From assembly GCA_903871575.1 (NCBI GenBank), contig CAIQHJ010000057.1, forward strand, positions 1 to 44,902: a DNA stretch of 44,902 nt, given 5' to 3'. The notes beneath the pieces were generated by a model. It had not been told where the DNA came from. It made no database searches and saw nothing but the letters and a program-made list of their open reading frames with translations. A program made the translations under genes and the position numbers. Origin of the DNA: an uncultured Bacteroidota bacterium. Lineage in GTDB: Bacteria > Bacteroidota > Bacteroidia > Chitinophagales > Chitinophagaceae. Below, in pieces: positions 20,101 through 29,892 of the stretch. The first letter of the stretch is position 1, and each line of letters starts with the position of its first letter.

Positions 20101-20361
20101 TTTTTTGTCAACGGCTATAGCTTGTGTAGCAAATCCCACACTTGAAAATATCAATGTCGATTTTGATGACTTCACACTGATTGTATAAGTGCCATCTTTT
20201 TTAGTGGCAGTACCCGATTTTGATTTGTCGGCAATAATGTTAACGCCTTCCAATGGCTCTCCTGTAGCTTTGTTGGTTACCTTTCCATTGATTTCCCTTT
20301 TTTGTGCCGCTGCAAAAAGTACAGGCAATGTCAACAATAATGTGTAAATGATTTTTTTCAT
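17173..20361 (-). CDS. susC: SusC/RagA TonB-dependent transporter
   Basis: EVVVIGYG, LKDAASAAIYGSRGASGVILITTK plug signature, terminal Phe. Confidence 0.97.
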   Translation of the reverse strand: MKKIIYTLLLTLPVLFAAAQKREINGKVTNKATGEPLEGVNIIADKSKSGTATKKDGTYTISVKSSKSTLIFSSVGFATQAIAVDKKDTLVNVEMVPAATDNAEVVVIGYGTQRRSDVTGAITKFKDEKLDEAPVSRLDQALQGKIAGVQIQNLSSEAGAPPKVTVRGISSIYAGASPLVVVDGQPVPDGLAYVNMADVESVEVLKDAASAAIYGSRGASGVILITTKAGKTDKTKFVFKYSVGAKQDYKRYDVWTTTQYMNNLFYEAALKSLDPSVPTPSGALIATNNERAGYIIENELYGGNGTDWQSQALRTGLFQNVQLSASGGKSDIKYYISGGYQKDQGLMKNSEYDRFTVRSRMDVNLSSKVKLVLNINPSFSRKESPSINYTTFVRYASFLPVVHNQATLALVGQNPQWSNLQLGSYAQPRHFNNLNYTGYMPDGSFWNPGTQSDAFNSSTNSPSSILNNTFINNDEYRLQSSADLTFKLYKGLEFKSLATLYVNNSNALNWSNRNAEADGLVSRGAFTNNSFVDLLSENTLTYNKIIKDHSFNVLAGFTSQVTKTRNDQAVGYDFADDNIRTLNQAGIIDRSGTNGTTNQIGLVSYLGRVNYNYKSKYLLSSSFRTDGSSYFGPGKKWGTFPSISVGWAMDKEKFMNKINWITKLKWRASYGVSGNNRILNFGFLDLLYPSNYSFGNGTGIVTNGQSTSATIRSNEDITWESTYQANYGMDLSILKGKIGLSVDYYNSETDKLLLQQATVAYTGVPASWNNIGSLKNTGIELQLNTINLTKKNFKWTTAANISHTQNKILELGQEAYLLNEGERNELYLNKVGLPLIQFYGYKTDGIWLSQEQINASGLTSQLSNAFVPGQLKLVDINGDNVIDIKDRTVIGSPYPDFTWGMTNTITYNQFELSFTFQGVQGGDLINGDPNYDDVKKLVVNYNKNRYISPLFPGDGKTPNYNKAAFNWLLTDYVVEDASYYALREVNISYKFPDNKIKFAKINSLRMYFSAQNLYFHSAKSYRGINPEARVTSGPYGSALVGGYQRGSFPIPQTFVFGVDVNF

Positions 20362-20374
20362 CTTATTGGTTACT

Positions 20375-21586
20375 TTAGTCGATTAATGTGGTTAAATGTA
20401 GTATTGATTTTTCTGCTTCTGCTTCCAAAATATCAGCTATCGCTGTTTTGCAATTGGCGCATTGATATTGTTGAAAACCTGCCGCCAAAAGTGGTGGCGC
20501 ATACATTTTATAGTCAAATGGTTTGATCTGGTTTCCAAACCAATCTTTCTCTTTTGATAAATAAGGCATCAACACTTCAAATCCTTTTTTTAGTGATTTG
20601 CCTGAAGGCGGAACATATTTCCACATGTTTTTATTGATGGATAATGACATGTTTGCTGCTAGAAATAATGGCTCCATGATAAAGGCAGAATAATGCAAGG
20701 CAATGGTTCGTTTTAATTCCAAAGGAAAGAATCCGGTTTCATCCATTTGATCTTCCATGCGTGACAATAAACTTTGATAGGTATTTTCTGCAATTTCATC
20801 ATGGTGAGAAAAAATCGCATAGTCTAATTTTTGTACATCATACCAAATGCCATGATTGTTTTTGGTCTTAAATTCTTCTAAGCCATTTTTACTGGTCATG
20901 AGCCACTGCAAATAATCTGCAAACCATTTCTCCATGCTTAGTTGGTCGGATTTTGACCATGATGAACTTGATTGAATTAATCCAACTGCATCAATCACGT
21001 CAATGAATAAACGACTTTCAATAATTCCAATTCCTCTCCCATCATTTCTGCCTTTCACGGCTTGCGCATAATTTAAGTTGGGATTCATTTTGGTTGATGG
21101 ATCCAAAAACCAGGCTTTGATTTGCTGAGCTGCTTTTTGTGCATACTTTTCATCATTTGAAAAATAATATGCCAATGCATAATTGGATACAGATTTTACC
21201 ATTTTACCAATATTCACTTTATCCTTATAATCTTCCACCTCTGGATTGATTTGACCATCTTTACTGATATATGGCAAACCATTGGGTTTTGTCGTATCTG
21301 GCCAATAATAAATGGCAATACTCATGTAATCATGCATATCGTTGCTTGGAGGCATTTGCTTTTTCTCCATAACTGTATACATTTTGTTTTTCCCCAACTG
21401 CTCATCTGCAATTTTCAACAAATTATTGAAAGCCGGCTTCAATGATACATCTCCTGCAATCAATTTTGCTTTGTTGATTTGCAACGCTTCTCTGTTTAAT
21501 GCAAAAACAGACAAAGTTTGTTTTTGCGAAAAACCATGCGCTGCAATAAAGAAAAACAAACACAAACCCACTACTCTATTTACCAT
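20375..21586 (-). CDS. Alginate_lyase-domain (alpha/alpha toroid) lyase, PL38-like (glucuronan/alginate lyase)
   Basis: HDYMSIAIYYWPD...GLPYISKDGQINPE, MNPNLNYAQ, NNHGIWYD, HYSAF; signal peptide. PL38 rather than PL5 is from recalled motifs. Confidence 0.82.
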   Translation of the reverse strand: MVNRVVGLCLFFFIAAHGFSQKQTLSVFALNREALQINKAKLIAGDVSLKPAFNNLLKIADEQLGKNKMYTVMEKKQMPPSNDMHDYMSIAIYYWPDTTKPNGLPYISKDGQINPEVEDYKDKVNIGKMVKSVSNYALAYYFSNDEKYAQKAAQQIKAWFLDPSTKMNPNLNYAQAVKGRNDGRGIGIIESRLFIDVIDAVGLIQSSSSWSKSDQLSMEKWFADYLQWLMTSKNGLEEFKTKNNHGIWYDVQKLDYAIFSHHDEIAENTYQSLLSRMEDQMDETGFFPLELKRTIALHYSAFIMEPLFLAANMSLSINKNMWKYVPPSGKSLKKGFEVLMPYLSKEKDWFGNQIKPFDYKMYAPPLLAAGFQQYQCANCKTAIADILEAEAEKSILHLTTLID

Positions 21587-21598
21587 CTAATTGCTATT

Positions 21599-24500
21599 TT
21601 ATTGTATGATTGGAATTTGTTTGCTGATTGTATTTTTTGTGCCTTTGAAACTGATGATATACAATGCACTTCCGAAACCTTTAACAGGCAAGGTCAATTC
21701 TGTAAATCCACTTGGCAAATAAATAGATTTAGCAGAAAGTCTTCTTCCCAACATATCGTAGAAAATTACATCCCCTTTATCTGGGAACGGAGAAAACAAT
21801 TTCACGCGAACGCCATTGCTTCCATTGTAATATGCTTGTAGTGTTTGACTTGCGCTATCTGCTGGATAAATGATCATTCTGCCGCTTGTGTAAGCAATTT
21901 CATAGTTGTTGGCTTGCGCATCAGATGGGGTAATGGTATAAATGCCAGCCAATGAATTTTGTGTAGCTGTTGTAATCACAACGGGTTGACTACTCAATGC
22001 AGATGCTGTTTCACCCAATACAAATCCGGTGTACACAAAAGTAAAAGTTGGATTTACTTGCCCCTCTAATTTTGAAGTATCTCTAACGCCTATGGTTAAA
22101 GGCGCTTTGTTTACAATTAAAGTGATTGATACATCATTGGCAGGGAAATAACCTTCGTTACCAGCTTGACTCGCCGTAATGGTTGTGGTTCCCGCACCAG
22201 TAATTTGTATGTTGTTGCCATTTATTATTGCAACACCATTATTAGAACTTGATAAGGAAACAGGAATGGTATTATTCGTACTAGAAACCGGCGCCGAGAA
22301 ATCTGGTGCACCGTAAGTTACAGTAGGAAAAGCGCCAAATGTGATGGTTTGATTTTGTTTTGCAATAACGGTTAATGTGCCACTTACAAAAGCAATGTTG
22401 TAGTTTGCCGCAGTTGCCCCAGAAGCAGTTATCGGATAAGCACCTGGCGTTGAAGCCAATACCGCTGTGGTCGATAATGTAACTGGCGTTTGTAAAACAG
22501 CTGGTGTTTCACTGTAAACAAATCCACTATAGCTTGCCGTTAGTGTAGGATTGACTACTCCTTCAAAACGAGATTGATTGTCGGCGGTGATGGTTAATGG
22601 CGCTTTGTTTACAACCAATGGTTGTGTTTCATTGGCAGCAAGATATGTACCATCGGTAGCTTGTGTCACATTGATATTGGTTGTTCCTGCACCAACAATA
22701 TGGATTAGGCCTGATGCAGAAATCGTTGCTACCGAAGTGTTTGAACTTGTGTAAATTAATGGCTGAGTTGTGTTTAAGCTGGTTACCCCGGCATTAAAAT
22801 CTGGGTTACCATAAACAATCGGTTGGAGTGCATTGAAACTAAATGCTGAAACCAAAGGTTGTGAGCCAATGGCAAAAGCACCAAATGAGGTAATGGTTGA
22901 TGATGCAGTGTTGAGTGTGTTGTCACCGGTTCCCGAAGGAGTACTCCAAACCGAAGCTGTATTTTGTATAACACCTATTCTAGGATTGGCTTGTGCTGCA
23001 AATATTGTTCCTTCCAAAGCTGCGGTCCATCCAAAACTAGCGAGGGCATCCCCTGTTCCAGAAACCCTGTTTAACTTCCAAACACTGTTCACCAATTTTG
23101 ACAATTCCGCTGAAGTCAATAGAGTGCCTGTTGTTGCACCATCAACAGTAACGCCTTCAAAAACACCTGCTGTAAAAGTTGACACCGCTGATGGTGAAAG
23201 CGTTACAGGTAAATAATTGGCAACAGAACCAATTGGAAATAATTTAGGTGTAGAAACCAAATCAATTCTTAGCATTCCTACCCCGGCAGCAGATGATAAT
23301 GTAGCAATATGCTTGGCGTTGTTGAAAGGTGCGCCTCCTAAATCTTTACCATTTTTTATTCTAATGGTATCTACAGGCCTGATAGATAAAATACCTGCAT
23401 TTACAGTTAATACACTGTCCAAAATCAAATTTCTATTGGTGGTAACTGCTGCATTAAACGTTACATTTCTGTAAGTTCCTGTTGCAATATTGCTAAAAGG
23501 TTGTGTGGTTGGAGCATCGAAAACCAAATCGGTGGAAGAGGATACAGACAACGTACCAACACCCGCAATGTTGCCATCAATTCCATTTGGACTAGATGTT
23601 CTCAATTCAGGAATGCCTCCAGAAATGGTAATAGAACTTGGTGTGGTGGTAAGTGGGTTGGAAATGGTTATGGTGCTAGAGCTGCTGCTTGTTCCAATAA
23701 TGAAAGAATTGGCTGGAACGCCAGTACCAGTTACCAATAACCCATTATAAACACCAGCAGTATTTGCAGTAGATGAATAAGCCGCTGGATCTAAAGAAAT
23801 GCTGTATGAACCAACTACTCCAGCAGTTGCTGCTGTTGTAATGGAAGCAGCTGCTTTTGTTTGAAAAGTTCCTGTTCCTGTATACGTGTGGGTGTTTAAA
23901 TTAATTTTACCGTTGATCAATGAATTTGTTGAGCCATTGATTACGACGTTTGCATTTAAGGTAACATTTGCTGCTGCGCCCACAGAAACAGCCCCAAATG
24001 GCAAGAAGGTACCTGTACCCCCAATACTTTGCGGTGTGATACCTTTCATCAATAAATTAGATGAAGTAAATCCAGCTACTGAACCCATGGTACCATTGTT
24101 GAGCACATTTCCAGAAATTGCTGTTGCACCAGAACCCTTAATATAAAATGTAGACCCGTTCTCTATCGTTAAATTGTCAACGTTATAGAAAAAATCTCCA
24201 GTCACGGTTTGGTTATTGGCAATGGTTAAATTGGCAAATCTTCTATTGGCAAAAAAATTAGATGTGGTAGCTAATGCATTGGGGATGGCCGCTTCGATTC
24301 TCAATGTACTGCCTGTTTTTAAATCGCAAGGCGTGTATGCAGAAGTTGAAGTCCAAATGGTATTTCCACCTTCGTACACCAATGTAGATCCGTTATTAAA
24401 AACAACAGCCAAAGGAACCCCAGAGTTTGAACCGAAAGGATAATATGTAATTTGAGTATTCACTTTGCAAACAGCGCCATTCTCAAAAATCAATGAACCA

Positions 24501-25048
24501 CCAGCAACCGGATTGGAAGCAGTTGTTCTGCTGGCTCCTCCAGATAATGACAGTGTACCAAACACTCTTCCAAAAGCAGCAGCGCCAATCACCAAATTGT
24601 TTCCCGATGTTGTATTCACAGAATCAGCAACTGTAATTTTCAAACTACATCCAGCATTGATTAATAAATCATCTGCGGCTGTAGCATCACCATTTACGGT
24701 GATAGTGCCTGTTCCAGAATTGGGCCTCACCAACGTCATGCTGGCTCCATTGCGCAAAATCAATTGCCCAAATGCAGTGCTGGTACTCGTTGCCGTGATG
24801 GCGCCTGTTGTAGGTGTTGCACCACCAACGTTTGTACCATCTACAATCAAAATATCTGTTGGGTCATTCACCGTGCGATTGGTACCCGAACCATTTAAGG
24901 CTGTATTCCATCTTGGTGAAGAAGTTGATGTTGATGTAAAACTGATGTTACTTGTAGTACCTGTACCGCCAATCCAATAATAAGTTGTTTGGCTATACAC
25001 TTGTTGTACAACAAACAAAATGGCTATTAGTAAAATTGATTTTTTCAT
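21599..25048 (-). CDS. Large secreted surface protein: Thr/Gly/Ser-rich beta-helix, two Ig-like + MBG domain pairs, T9SS-like CTD
   Basis: Signal peptide; TYYWIGG; FPIGS..NYLPVTL; two NKAPLTI...Y[ST]GFV...NY.IA MBG modules; C-terminal FYDMLGR...LYII. Confidence 0.8.
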   Translation of the reverse strand: MKKSILLIAILFVVQQVYSQTTYYWIGGTGTTSNISFTSTSTSSPRWNTALNGSGTNRTVNDPTDILIVDGTNVGGATPTTGAITATSTSTAFGQLILRNGASMTLVRPNSGTGTITVNGDATAADDLLINAGCSLKITVADSVNTTSGNNLVIGAAAFGRVFGTLSLSGGASRTTASNPVAGGSLIFENGAVCKVNTQITYYPFGSNSGVPLAVVFNNGSTLVYEGGNTIWTSTSAYTPCDLKTGSTLRIEAAIPNALATTSNFFANRRFANLTIANNQTVTGDFFYNVDNLTIENGSTFYIKGSGATAISGNVLNNGTMGSVAGFTSSNLLMKGITPQSIGGTGTFLPFGAVSVGAAANVTLNANVVINGSTNSLINGKINLNTHTYTGTGTFQTKAAASITTAATAGVVGSYSISLDPAAYSSTANTAGVYNGLLVTGTGVPANSFIIGTSSSSSTITISNPLTTTPSSITISGGIPELRTSSPNGIDGNIAGVGTLSVSSSTDLVFDAPTTQPFSNIATGTYRNVTFNAAVTTNRNLILDSVLTVNAGILSIRPVDTIRIKNGKDLGGAPFNNAKHIATLSSAAGVGMLRIDLVSTPKLFPIGSVANYLPVTLSPSAVSTFTAGVFEGVTVDGATTGTLLTSAELSKLVNSVWKLNRVSGTGDALASFGWTAALEGTIFAAQANPRIGVIQNTASVWSTPSGTGDNTLNTASSTITSFGAFAIGSQPLVSAFSFNALQPIVYGNPDFNAGVTSLNTTQPLIYTSSNTSVATISASGLIHIVGAGTTNINVTQATDGTYLAANETQPLVVNKAPLTITADNQSRFEGVVNPTLTASYSGFVYSETPAVLQTPVTLSTTAVLASTPGAYPITASGATAANYNIAFVSGTLTVIAKQNQTITFGAFPTVTYGAPDFSAPVSSTNNTIPVSLSSSNNGVAIINGNNIQITGAGTTTITASQAGNEGYFPANDVSITLIVNKAPLTIGVRDTSKLEGQVNPTFTFVYTGFVLGETASALSSQPVVITTATQNSLAGIYTITPSDAQANNYEIAYTSGRMIIYPADSASQTLQAYYNGSNGVRVKLFSPFPDKGDVIFYDMLGRRLSAKSIYLPSGFTELTLPVKGFGSALYIISFKGTKNTISKQIPIIQ

Positions 25049-25092
25049 ATTTTGATGTTTGCTTTTAAAGCAGTTTTTAATAAATCATTTAA

Positions 25093-25452
25093 TTATCCAA
25101 CAAAATCTTCTCTCATCGGATTGAACATATCAATCAATGTTCCTTTTTCTAAACAAACTACACCATGAATTAAATTAGAATGTACGTAAAATACATCACC
25201 TTCATTCAGTATTTTTTTTACGCCATCAATTTCAACTTCAAATGAGCCCCTGTCGATCAGTGTCATTTGAATATGTGGATGCTGGTGCAATGCGCCAATT
25301 GATCCTTTTTCGAATTCTACGCGCACCATCATCATATTTTTATCATAGGATAAAATTTTACGACTTACTCCATTTCCCACTACTTCCAATTCAATTTCTG
25401 AACTTTCAACAAATGATTTTATTTGAAAATCCGTAATTTCTGTTGTTGACAT
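25093..25452 (-). CDS. kdgF: KdgF cupin (linearises unsaturated monouronates)
   Basis: HQHPHIQ and HGVVCLEKGTLIDMFNPMREDF; directly after PL17. Confidence 0.88.
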   Translation of the reverse strand: MSTTEITDFQIKSFVESSEIELEVVGNGVSRKILSYDKNMMMVRVEFEKGSIGALHQHPHIQMTLIDRGSFEVEIDGVKKILNEGDVFYVHSNLIHGVVCLEKGTLIDMFNPMREDFVG

Positions 25453-25487
25453 AATTTGTGTTGTGTTTTGTTTATTAATGTAGGTTT

Positions 25488-27698
25488 TTATTTTAGTGTT
25501 GTATGATCAAATTCAATGTATACAGGGCCTTGCCAACGTATTGTTTTTCCCAATGGATTGATGCTTACTTCATGCTTAAATGTTGCGTCAAAAAGTTTGT
25601 TGCTTTGTATAACCAATAATTTTTTTTCTTGGATGGTAACCATCACTGCTGTGTAATTTTCGTCGTCCATCAAACGTTCGATTGCAGAAACAGCCGTGGT
25701 TGAATGATGTGCGATTTCTGTTACGGGATTGAAATTTCCGTGGGGTTCTATGGTGTTTACAAAAGTTTGATTTTGTGATGTTGTTCTGAGGATATAAGAT
25801 GGATCGTGTCTTAAATTAAAATTGGGATCATTGGCACCAATGCGCGTAAAATAAACATCTGGCGTATCTGATGACAACGATGAAACAGTGTAAAATGTAC
25901 TGTCATTCAAAAATGTAAATTGCGTGAATGGTGAAACTTGTTTTGCAGTTGCTTCTACCCAAAGATGTTGATAGCCATTCTTTTTACCCAATGTTTTTTG
26001 CTCTTCTAAGGCAGGCGTATATGTAAAGTTGGTTTTCATTGGAACACCCAAGTAATTAAACGGCAAATCATATTGATGAATACTGTCTGACTTTGTCTTA
26101 AAAATATCCAACGTCAATGGCTTTTCTACACCAGGCAATTGAATTAAATACACCGTTCTAAACAGCTTAACATTTGCATACGCATGTTCATCCAATGCGC
26201 TCACCACCTGAACTTTATTTGTTGGACTAAAATACTTGAACAATTGGTTGGGATGATACATTTCGCTGGTTTTTTCAACACCTTTAAAATGACTGATTTC
26301 ATCAACTGTAATGGTGTTGTGCGCAATGGTTTGTTGCGCATAGCTATTGGTTTCTGGCAAATATCTTCCACCCCATTTCTGTTCAATATTGATGTATCTC
26401 ACTGCACCATAATCTTGTATCACTTCATTGCCGTTGTCGAATAGTTGTATGTTCAATTTGTCGTAATGACCATGTGACAAACCATGAGATGTATATTTAA
26501 AGACCAAAGTAGTGAGTTGATTCTTGGGGTTAGCTCTTAAAACAGAAACCCCACCACTTTTGCCATCAGCTCCATCAGTGTAGGAAGCAGATTGATAAGG
26601 ATAAATTAGAAATTTGTTTTTATTGTTGGATAGTGCTTGAGCAATGCCAATGCCACCTTTGTACAGTATGATTCTATTTTGGGAACGAGCAACAGGTAAA
26701 TAGGACGAATCGAAACCATAAGCGTTCCAAGCGATATCAACCGCAACAACCAATTCGTTTGAAGTATAATTTTTTTGTTTTAACGCATCGTTGTAACTGA
26801 AAAAATTTCCGTTGATGTTGGTTTGCTGCAACGCAACGTCCAATGCTTTTTTGAGAATCTGATTTCTATATTGAAATATTTTTTGAGCAGGATATTTATG
26901 AGATATGGCATTTGCAAAAAGAAAGAACGGCAACACTGCATAACGGGTGTAATAAGGTCCCTCGTTGTAAAACCCATCAGGTGAAAACAATCCATCCAAT
27001 TGTGCGAGAAATCCAGCTTTCCCATCTTTTTTTGATCCCATTAAAGCCATCTGAACATAATTGTCATTGTCTGTGGCAATGCCCACAATCCCAACACCCG
27101 CACAAGCCCAAACGGCATGGTTGTGAATGAGATTAAACCAATCTGGTTTTTCATTTATAAAATAATCAACAATTGGTTTGAAAGCGCCATCCGCAATTTG
27201 GATTCTTTCCGTTGGTGTTAAAAAATCATGGATGCAATCAAATGCCAAGCCAGCATACACCAACCAATTGGCATCGTTTAATGCTTGCCAAAACAACCTT
27301 CCGGGTGCGCTGCTGGTGGCTTGTGGATGATTCTTTAATGTGGGATTGAGTTTTGCGTATTCTAAAAATATTTTCTTTACGAAGCTTGCATATTTTTTTT
27401 CTCCGGTTAATTGATACATCAAGCCTGCATCAAACATCAACAAATAATTGGCTTTGTGTTGATCGTGGGTATATCCTCCTGCCGCATCCTTGGGTACCGG
27501 CACATCTATTGATTCCAACATCCTGCGATCTGTAGTGATTTTTAAATTGTTGTACGACTGACCAATCAATGCTGTTTGCTTCAAATTTGCCTGCACATAC
27601 TTGAACTCAGTTGCGTTGTTGAATGCCAATGGATGTACTTGCGCATGCACAGCATAGGCCAACAAGCAACACACAACAATGGCAAATAATTTTTTCAC
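25488..27698 (-). CDS. PL17 oligo-alginate (exo) lyase with heparinase II/III-like C-terminal domain
   Basis: GGYTHDQHK, GRLFWQALND, IHNHAVW, EGPYYTRY, HGLSHGHYDKL, GGRYLPE; GTG start, signal peptide. Confidence 0.92.
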   Translation of the reverse strand: MKKLFAIVVCCLLAYAVHAQVHPLAFNNATEFKYVQANLKQTALIGQSYNNLKITTDRRMLESIDVPVPKDAAGGYTHDQHKANYLLMFDAGLMYQLTGEKKYASFVKKIFLEYAKLNPTLKNHPQATSSAPGRLFWQALNDANWLVYAGLAFDCIHDFLTPTERIQIADGAFKPIVDYFINEKPDWFNLIHNHAVWACAGVGIVGIATDNDNYVQMALMGSKKDGKAGFLAQLDGLFSPDGFYNEGPYYTRYAVLPFFLFANAISHKYPAQKIFQYRNQILKKALDVALQQTNINGNFFSYNDALKQKNYTSNELVVAVDIAWNAYGFDSSYLPVARSQNRIILYKGGIGIAQALSNNKNKFLIYPYQSASYTDGADGKSGGVSVLRANPKNQLTTLVFKYTSHGLSHGHYDKLNIQLFDNGNEVIQDYGAVRYINIEQKWGGRYLPETNSYAQQTIAHNTITVDEISHFKGVEKTSEMYHPNQLFKYFSPTNKVQVVSALDEHAYANVKLFRTVYLIQLPGVEKPLTLDIFKTKSDSIHQYDLPFNYLGVPMKTNFTYTPALEEQKTLGKKNGYQHLWVEATAKQVSPFTQFTFLNDSTFYTVSSLSSDTPDVYFTRIGANDPNFNLRHDPSYILRTTSQNQTFVNTIEPHGNFNPVTEIAHHSTTAVSAIERLMDDENYTAVMVTIQEKKLLVIQSNKLFDATFKHEVSINPLGKTIRWQGPVYIEFDHTTLK

Positions 27699-27838
27699 AA
27701 CTGATTTATAATTTTATACAACCAACCTATGGATAATTGATTTACTCCAATTTAGATGAAAGCAATGTTCAAAAAAAATAAAAAATCAAAACAGTTAGTC
27801 AATGTAATATTATCGGCATTTAACCAAAACTTGTTAGC

Positions 27839-27850
27839 ATAAACGTTTAT
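27839..27850. promoter_or_regulatory. Perfect palindrome ATAAACGTTTAT, possible extra LacI-type site
   Basis: 12-bp palindrome with AAACGTTT core in the divergent PL17/lacI spacer. Confidence 0.4.
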
Positions 27851-27934
27851 ATATTATCTAATTATTCTTCCAATAAGTTAGATGCTATCAAACAAAACAA
27901 AAGTATCAATAAACGAGAACAAATGAAAATACAT

Positions 27935-27960
27935 GATAACGATGCCGGAAAGGGTGCCGG
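27935..27960. promoter_or_regulatory. Putative LacI-family operator, copy 2
   Basis: GATAACGATGCC-GGAAAGGGTGCC-GG; shares an exact 16-mer with 5518-5533; 46 nt upstream of the lacI start. Confidence 0.7.
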
Positions 27961-28006
27961 TATTTTTTGTTGAGGTATCAAAATCTATCGCTATTTTTAA
28001 CTTCAA

Positions 28007-29032
28007 ATGGAGAGACAAACAACGATAAAAGACATTGCTTTAGCGCTAAGACTATCGACTTCTACAGTTAGCAGAGCCCTGAGAGATGCGCCTGATGTGA
28101 GTATTGAAACCAGGAATGCAGTGAAAGCCTTGGCGGAGGAGTTGGATTACCAACCCAATAAGTTGGCTTTGAGCCTGTTAAAAAACCAAACCAACACCAT
28201 CGGTGTAATCATACCCAACCTTGATTATGTGCTGGCAACAATGGTGAAAGGCATCGACGAAGTAGCCTTGGAAGCTGGTTACACGGTAATGGTTTGTCAG
28301 AGTGACGAAAGTTTTGGAAGAGAGATTTTAAATACCAAGCGATTGCTCGATAGTTTGGTAGATGGTTTTATTGTTTCTGTTTCTAGCGAAACAATGGTTT
28401 ACGAGCACATCAAAAAAATTCAGAATAAAAAAATCCCGTTGGTTCTTTTTGATCGAGTGATCAATAATTTCGCTGTTCCCAAAATCTCACTAGACAATGT
28501 GGAAGGTGGCAGATTGGCAACACAACATTTAATAGACCAAGGATACAAGCGTATTGCCATATTAGGAGGTCCTGAAAATCTGGGTGTAAGCAACGACAGG
28601 ATTGCTGGTTGCATACAAACCCTCAAACAAAACAAAATTCCTTTTGATAAAAACCTAGTGATTCATTGCGATTTCAACCAAGATTATGCATACGTTGCTG
28701 CAAAAGAATTGTTGAGCATGAATAAAAAGCCAGATGCTATTTTCGCTATCAGCGACAGGTTAGCCATCGGCGCCATGTTGGCTATCAAAGAAATGGGATT
28801 AAAAATACCCAAAGACATCGGCTTGGTTGGATTCAATAATGAACCCATTACCAACCTACTTACACCTTCTATATCCAGTGTAGAAATGTATGCTTTTGAA
28901 ATTGGAAAAGCAACCGCCAAAATGTTTTTGGAAATGCTTCACAGCAATGAGGACATGTCTGATCGAACCATCATCATCAAACCCAAATTGTTCATCAGAG
29001 AATCTTCCAACAGATTGGGATTATCAAAATAA
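28007..29032 (+). CDS. LacI-family transcriptional regulator
   Basis: TTIKDIALALRLSTSTVSRAL HTH, YQPNKLA hinge, periplasmic-binding-protein-like sugar domain ending IRESS. Confidence 0.95.
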   Translation: MERQTTIKDIALALRLSTSTVSRALRDAPDVSIETRNAVKALAEELDYQPNKLALSLLKNQTNTIGVIIPNLDYVLATMVKGIDEVALEAGYTVMVCQSDESFGREILNTKRLLDSLVDGFIVSVSSETMVYEHIKKIQNKKIPLVLFDRVINNFAVPKISLDNVEGGRLATQHLIDQGYKRIAILGGPENLGVSNDRIAGCIQTLKQNKIPFDKNLVIHCDFNQDYAYVAAKELLSMNKKPDAIFAISDRLAIGAMLAIKEMGLKIPKDIGLVGFNNEPITNLLTPSISSVEMYAFEIGKATAKMFLEMLHSNEDMSDRTIIIKPKLFIRESSNRLGLSK

Positions 29033-29067
29033 TCGATTCACTTTAATACATAAAAAAAACAAAAAAA

Positions 29068-29886
29068 ATGAAAATCATTCACGCAGTACATCCGGAAGAT
29101 TTTAAAAATTACAACACCGAACAAATCAGAGAAAAATTCTTGTTAGAAAACCTTGTTCAAGACGACCAAGTAAATTGTGTGTACACGCATTACGACAGAA
29201 TGATTGTTGGCGCAGCAAAGCCTACATCGGGCGCACTTTCTCTAGGAAATTACGATCAATTGAAAAGCAATTTCTTTCTTGAAAGAAGAGAAATGGGCAT
29301 CATCAACATTGGCGAAGCCGGATCTATTGCCGTTGATGGCGAAACCATGGAGCTTGGAAAATTGGATTGTTTGTATATCGGAAGAGGTAAAAAAGATGTT
29401 CAATTTTTGGGTAGCGAAGCAAAATTCATTTTCTTTTCATGCGCTGCACATGCAGAGCATCCGATTCAATTGATGAAATCAGCAGATGCTACTCCAGCAG
29501 AAATGGGTTCTTCTGAAACAGCCAATCACCGCACCATCAATAAATATGTTCATCCCGATGGATTAAAAAGTTGTCAACTGATGTTGGGCGTTACCAATTT
29601 CAAACCAGGCAGCATCTGGAATACCATGGCTCCACATTTACACGACAGAAGAATGGAAGCTTATTTTTATTTCGATTTGCCTGCATCACAAAGAGTGATT
29701 CATTTCATGGGAGAGCCGCATGAAACCAGACATATTTTCTTAAACAATGAACAAGCTATTGTATCTCCATCATGGAGTATTCATAGTGGCGTTGCAACTG
29801 CGGCCTATTCTTTCATTTGGGCTATGGCGGGTGAAAATGCATCTTTCGCAGATATGGACGGTGTTAACATCATGAATTTAAAATAA
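29068..29886 (+). CDS. kduI: 5-dehydro-4-deoxy-D-glucuronate isomerase
   Basis: YTHYDRMIVG, FLERREMGIIN, WNTMAPHLHDRRMEAYFYF, SPSWSIHSG, WAMAGEN. Confidence 0.96.
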   Translation: MKIIHAVHPEDFKNYNTEQIREKFLLENLVQDDQVNCVYTHYDRMIVGAAKPTSGALSLGNYDQLKSNFFLERREMGIINIGEAGSIAVDGETMELGKLDCLYIGRGKKDVQFLGSEAKFIFFSCAAHAEHPIQLMKSADATPAEMGSSETANHRTINKYVHPDGLKSCQLMLGVTNFKPGSIWNTMAPHLHDRRMEAYFYFDLPASQRVIHFMGEPHETRHIFLNNEQAIVSPSWSIHSGVATAAYSFIWAMAGENASFADMDGVNIMNLK

Positions 29887-29892
29887 ACAACC

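Noticed and set aside
22833-24980. Series of plus-strand ORFs (75-171 aa)
   Set aside because: Antisense shadows of the Thr/Gly/Ala-rich 1149-aa gene
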